This document shows, piece after piece, positions 61,193-64,000 of a stretch of DNA of 64,000 bases; positions within the stretch are counted from its first letter, which is position 1, and each line of letters begins with the position of its first letter. The stretch covers positions 3,350,881 through 3,414,880 of the forward strand of contig OZ245053.1 of NCBI GenBank assembly GCA_965224645.1. The letters run 5' to 3'. Source of the DNA: Woeseiaceae bacterium (GTDB lineage Bacteria; Pseudomonadota; Gammaproteobacteria; Steroidobacterales; Woeseiaceae). A program made the translations under genes and the position numbers. Below the pieces are notes generated by a model, which was not told the origin of the DNA, ran no database searches, and saw only the letters and a list, made by a program, of their open reading frames with translations.

Positions 61193-64000
61193 TCATTCGA
61201 AGTCGAGCTCGGCTCCGATGCGGATGTAACGGCCCATGATATTCGGACCGGCCCACGACGGGTTGAATCCGTATAGGCCGTAGGCCGCCGAAGGGTCGAA
61301 CTCGGGATCGATGTCGAACACGTTCAGGATGTCTGCAAACACCCGGATGTTGTCGTTCCACTGGTGCGAGACGACCAGGTCGACGTTTAGCTGATCCTCG
61401 GAGTTACACACCGACGGCGTTCCATCGACATACGGTATCGTCGAGGCAAAGTTGCTCGCATTACCCTCACAGTCGCCGGCGACGCCGCCAAAGTCGATCG
61501 AGGCAGTGTCCAGGCCGCTGGTGTAGTACAGCGTCAGTGACGCCATGGTCTTGTCGGTAAACTGGAACGTGTTCTGCCAGCTGCCGCGTATTTCCGGCGC
61601 ACCCGAGCAGGACGTGACGTTGCACGGACTCAGCGTGCCGTCGTACTTGAGCACCTGGCCGGCATCGGTCGTCAATTCGTACTTCTCAAGGAACGAAACG
61701 TCGAGCGATGTCGTCCAGTCCACGTTGCCGAGCTCGATGTCACTCAGGGTGACGTTGATATCGAGACCGGCCACTTCCTGCGAGTCCTGGTTCTGGAATG
61801 AAGACTCGATGAAGCCTAGTAGCGGCAACGCATTGGGAAACGCCGTGTCGATGTTGCCCGGGATGACCGTTATACCGGGAAGATTCACGACGCCGTTATT
61901 GGCGTAGTACTGAGTCTCCGCCTCCGTCGTGTTGGTAACGCCGGTGATCAGGCCATCCACCTCGACCTGCCAGTAGTCGAGCGTCACAGTAAGGTTGTCT
62001 GTCGCGTTCCAGATGATGCCGGCCGTGAAGGACTCCGATTCCTCGGGATCGAGGCCGGGCTCACCCGTATTAGTCAGGCCGAGGGAGTAACTGGTCGTCG
62101 CATAGGCATTGTTGCCATGAGCGTTACAGAAATCCGCAAAAGTTGCGCAGTCCACCTGGCGAGTGACGAAGCCCGTCGTTGGCAAGCCGAAGGCTTCATT
62201 GAAGCTCGGAATGCGGAAGCCTTGTGACCAGGTGCCTCGAAAGGCAAAGCTGTCGGTCGGCTTCAGCTTGAAGCCCACCTTAGGTGAGAAGTTGCTCTGA
62301 CCGGACGAGTAGTCGTCGTAACGGCCCGAGGCAATCAGATCGAGCATCTCGGCAACGGGCGCGTCAACTTCGAAGAACACTGATGACACGCTGCGACTAC
62401 CTGCGGTGCCGACGGCGTTAATTGAATAATAGCGCTCGTAAGGTGCGGAATTGTTGGCCGGGTTGGCGCTCGGCGCATCGATCGATTCCTCGCGATAGGA
62501 CGCACCGACCGCAACCTGCATCGAACCACCGGACAGCTCCATTAGTTCCTTGGCGATGTTGCCCTGGACCTGCCACAGCCGCGACGGAGAGGTGACGGTT
62601 TTGCTCGGAGAAATAAAATCCCAGATCTCCTGCGAATTGCCGGCGGGATCGATGAAGTCAAAGGTACCCTGCGCGGCAACGTCCATGATTCTCTGCGGGA
62701 TCAGGTAGTTGCTCGACGTGCGCGTCAGGCTGACCTCAGACTGCGTGAAGTTGGTCGTGTAATGCCAGTCGTCACCGAAGCTGCCATCGAGACCGAACGC
62801 GACGCGCTGTACGCGCGACGTCGTGTCCACAGCGCGACCATGGGGTGAGCGCAATTCGACTTGCGCGCGGAGACCCTGCGCCGCGTACGGATTGTTCGGG
62901 TTCAGTTGTCCGTTGCTTGCATCGCAGCCGGTGTTCTCGCCACTGAACGTGCCAATACCCGTCGAGCAAGTATAGACTGGAAGAAGAACCCGGTACTGGG
63001 CGAGGCCTGCCGGCCGTGGCGACGCGGGTGTGCCGCGAAAGCCCAGCGGCGTATAGGACGCAGCCGTATCGGTCCTGTAGAAGTTGGCCATGGCGTAGAA
63101 CTGGCTGGCCTCGCCGATGTTGGCCGTGTAACGAAGCGTGAGTCCGGTACGCTCGATTTCGGGCTGCAGCTGAAAGTAAGCCTTCCTGAAATCCACTTCG
63201 CAGTTGGTCGCCGGCGACGTGCCTGACTGCGCCGGCGTGACGGAGACTTCGGGCCACTCACGACATCCTGCGGCGGGATTTAGAAACTCGAACTGGCCCG
63301 CGCCCGAGGTGGCGCCGGCCTCGACAGGGCGGACCATCGTGACGCCGGGGACGCTGATGAAGCCATTGAAGGTCCCATCCTCGGCCGTGATGCCGTTCCA
63401 GTTGCCGTTGGTCAGGCAGCTGCCGGACGGACCGCAGATATTGCTCCAGTCGGCGGTACCGAACGGGCCGCCGCGTTCTCTAGAATTCAGGTTCTCCATG
63501 AGCTGGTATTCAGCGCTGATATAGAAGTTCTGCCCATCGACGGCGAGATCGCCATGGCCCCAGGTCACGTCAATGCGCTGTTCCGCACCGCCGCCGTGCT
63601 CCGAAAATCCGCCCGAACCTCCGAGGTGAAATCCCTGTACTTCCTTCTTGGTGATAACGTTGACGACTCCGGCAATCGCGTCGGCGCCGTAAGTCGATGA
63701 GGCCCCATCGCGCAACACTTCGATGCGGTCGACGATGGCACTGGGAATCGTGTTGAGGTCGACGAAGTTGCGCTGGCCATCGTCGGCCAGTGGATACGGA
63801 GCGAGACGCAGGCCGTCGGCCATCGACAATGTCGACTGTACCGTCAGGCCGCGCAGCGCCGGTGCGGTGGCACCGGTGGCGAAGTTAAAACCGACATTCC
63901 AGTTGTTCACGATCGTACCGGCGTTGTTGGCCGATGCGCGTTGCACCGCTTCCGAAATCGTATTCAGGCCGCGCTGTTCCATATACTCATCGGACATGAT
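61193..64000 (-). CDS. TonB-dependent outer-membrane receptor (N-terminus beyond the window end)
   Basis: The track ORF 61193..63997 begins inside the plug domain (NTIPSAIVDRIEVLRDGASSTYGADAIAGVVNVITKK), so the true start and signal peptide lie past 64000. A long beta-barrel region follows. Confidence 0.9.
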   Translation of the reverse strand: MMSDEYMEQRGLNTISEAVQRASANNAGTIVNNWNVGFNFATGATAPALRGLTVQSTLSMADGLRLAPYPLADDGQRNFVDLNTIPSAIVDRIEVLRDGASSTYGADAIAGVVNVITKKEVQGFHLGGSGGFSEHGGGAEQRIDVTWGHGDLAVDGQNFYISAEYQLMENLNSRERGGPFGTADWSNICGPSGSCLTNGNWNGITAEDGTFNGFISVPGVTMVRPVEAGATSGAGQFEFLNPAAGCREWPEVSVTPAQSGTSPATNCEVDFRKAYFQLQPEIERTGLTLRYTANIGEASQFYAMANFYRTDTAASYTPLGFRGTPASPRPAGLAQYRVLLPVYTCSTGIGTFSGENTGCDASNGQLNPNNPYAAQGLRAQVELRSPHGRAVDTTSRVQRVAFGLDGSFGDDWHYTTNFTQSEVSLTRTSSNYLIPQRIMDVAAQGTFDFIDPAGNSQEIWDFISPSKTVTSPSRLWQVQGNIAKELMELSGGSMQVAVGASYREESIDAPSANPANNSAPYERYYSINAVGTAGSRSVSSVFFEVDAPVAEMLDLIASGRYDDYSSGQSNFSPKVGFKLKPTDSFAFRGTWSQGFRIPSFNEAFGLPTTGFVTRQVDCATFADFCNAHGNNAYATTSYSLGLTNTGEPGLDPEESESFTAGIIWNATDNLTVTLDYWQVEVDGLITGVTNTTEAETQYYANNGVVNLPGITVIPGNIDTAFPNALPLLGFIESSFQNQDSQEVAGLDINVTLSDIELGNVDWTTSLDVSFLEKYELTTDAGQVLKYDGTLSPCNVTSCSGAPEIRGSWQNTFQFTDKTMASLTLYYTSGLDTASIDFGGVAGDCEGNASNFASTIPYVDGTPSVCNSEDQLNVDLVVSHQWNDNIRVFADILNVFDIDPEFDPSAAYGLYGFNPSWAGPNIMGRYIRIGAELDFE

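Noticed and set aside
1-64000. CRISPR arrays, rRNA genes, prophage structural modules
   Set aside because: I saw no regularly spaced short direct repeats and no rRNA-like conserved stretches. Despite three or four recombinase genes, there are no capsid, terminase or tail-like ORFs. The integrases look island- or IS-associated rather than prophage-borne.

Overview
Proteobacterial chromosomal window. By eye it is about 55-60% GC with one clearly AT-richer insert. Gene content suggests a marine gammaproteobacterium, but that is a guess. No rRNA, intact tRNA or CRISPR array was found.

(1) Bases 1-23.4 kb are a dense, ordinary-looking catabolic cluster for peptides, D-amino acids and N-methyl amino acids. 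It holds an M1 peptidase, an S12 beta-lactamase-fold hydrolase, a D-aminoacylase, heterotetrameric sarcosine oxidase soxBDAG, an NSS transporter and an XRE-cupin regulator. It continues with a DUF1611 (DgcN-like) gene, a Leu/Phe/Val dehydrogenase, an enolase-superfamily epimerase (DgcA-like), a fused indolepyruvate:ferredoxin oxidoreductase, an S9 peptidase, an M19 dipeptidase, fdxA, a nitroreductase and an Lrp regulator.

(2) Bases 23.7-37.9 kb are an IS-riddled accessory segment bracketed by two tRNA-Arg(ACG)-derived 3' fragments. It contains a nested IS3 / IS30 / IS21 pile-up. A full IS21 and an inverted, internally deleted IS21 flank a 6.1 kb AT-rich cargo. The cargo encodes a double-glycine-leader 8-Cys acidic peptide, a thioredoxin-fold protein, two unknown membrane proteins and a C39-peptidase ABC exporter. 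This is my best candidate for an undescribed system. An IS481-like element and a higBA-like TA pair follow.

(3) Bases 37.9-57 kb are a mosaic integrative region. It has an integrase, an excisionase-like gene, a second tyrosine recombinase and a 1 kb ORF-free stretch with hairpins. Direct repeats of 186-190 bp, each carrying a recombinase gene 5' end, bracket 14.4 kb. That 14.4 kb holds an AraC regulator, an orphan Rhs C-terminal toxin with a membrane-protein partner, an IS21-derived MITE and a TorF-type porin. It also holds an ECF sigma / anti-sigma / S8 protease operon divergent from a heme-motif lipoprotein plus a CxxCH-bearing beta-barrel (Cyc2-like idea), and a GT2 synthase with a TPR/beta-barrel partner.

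(4) Bases 57-64 kb hold a secreted protein, a DUF4105 protein, a second IS481-like copy and a partial TonB-dependent receptor.

All calls come from reading translations and motifs. No database search was run.
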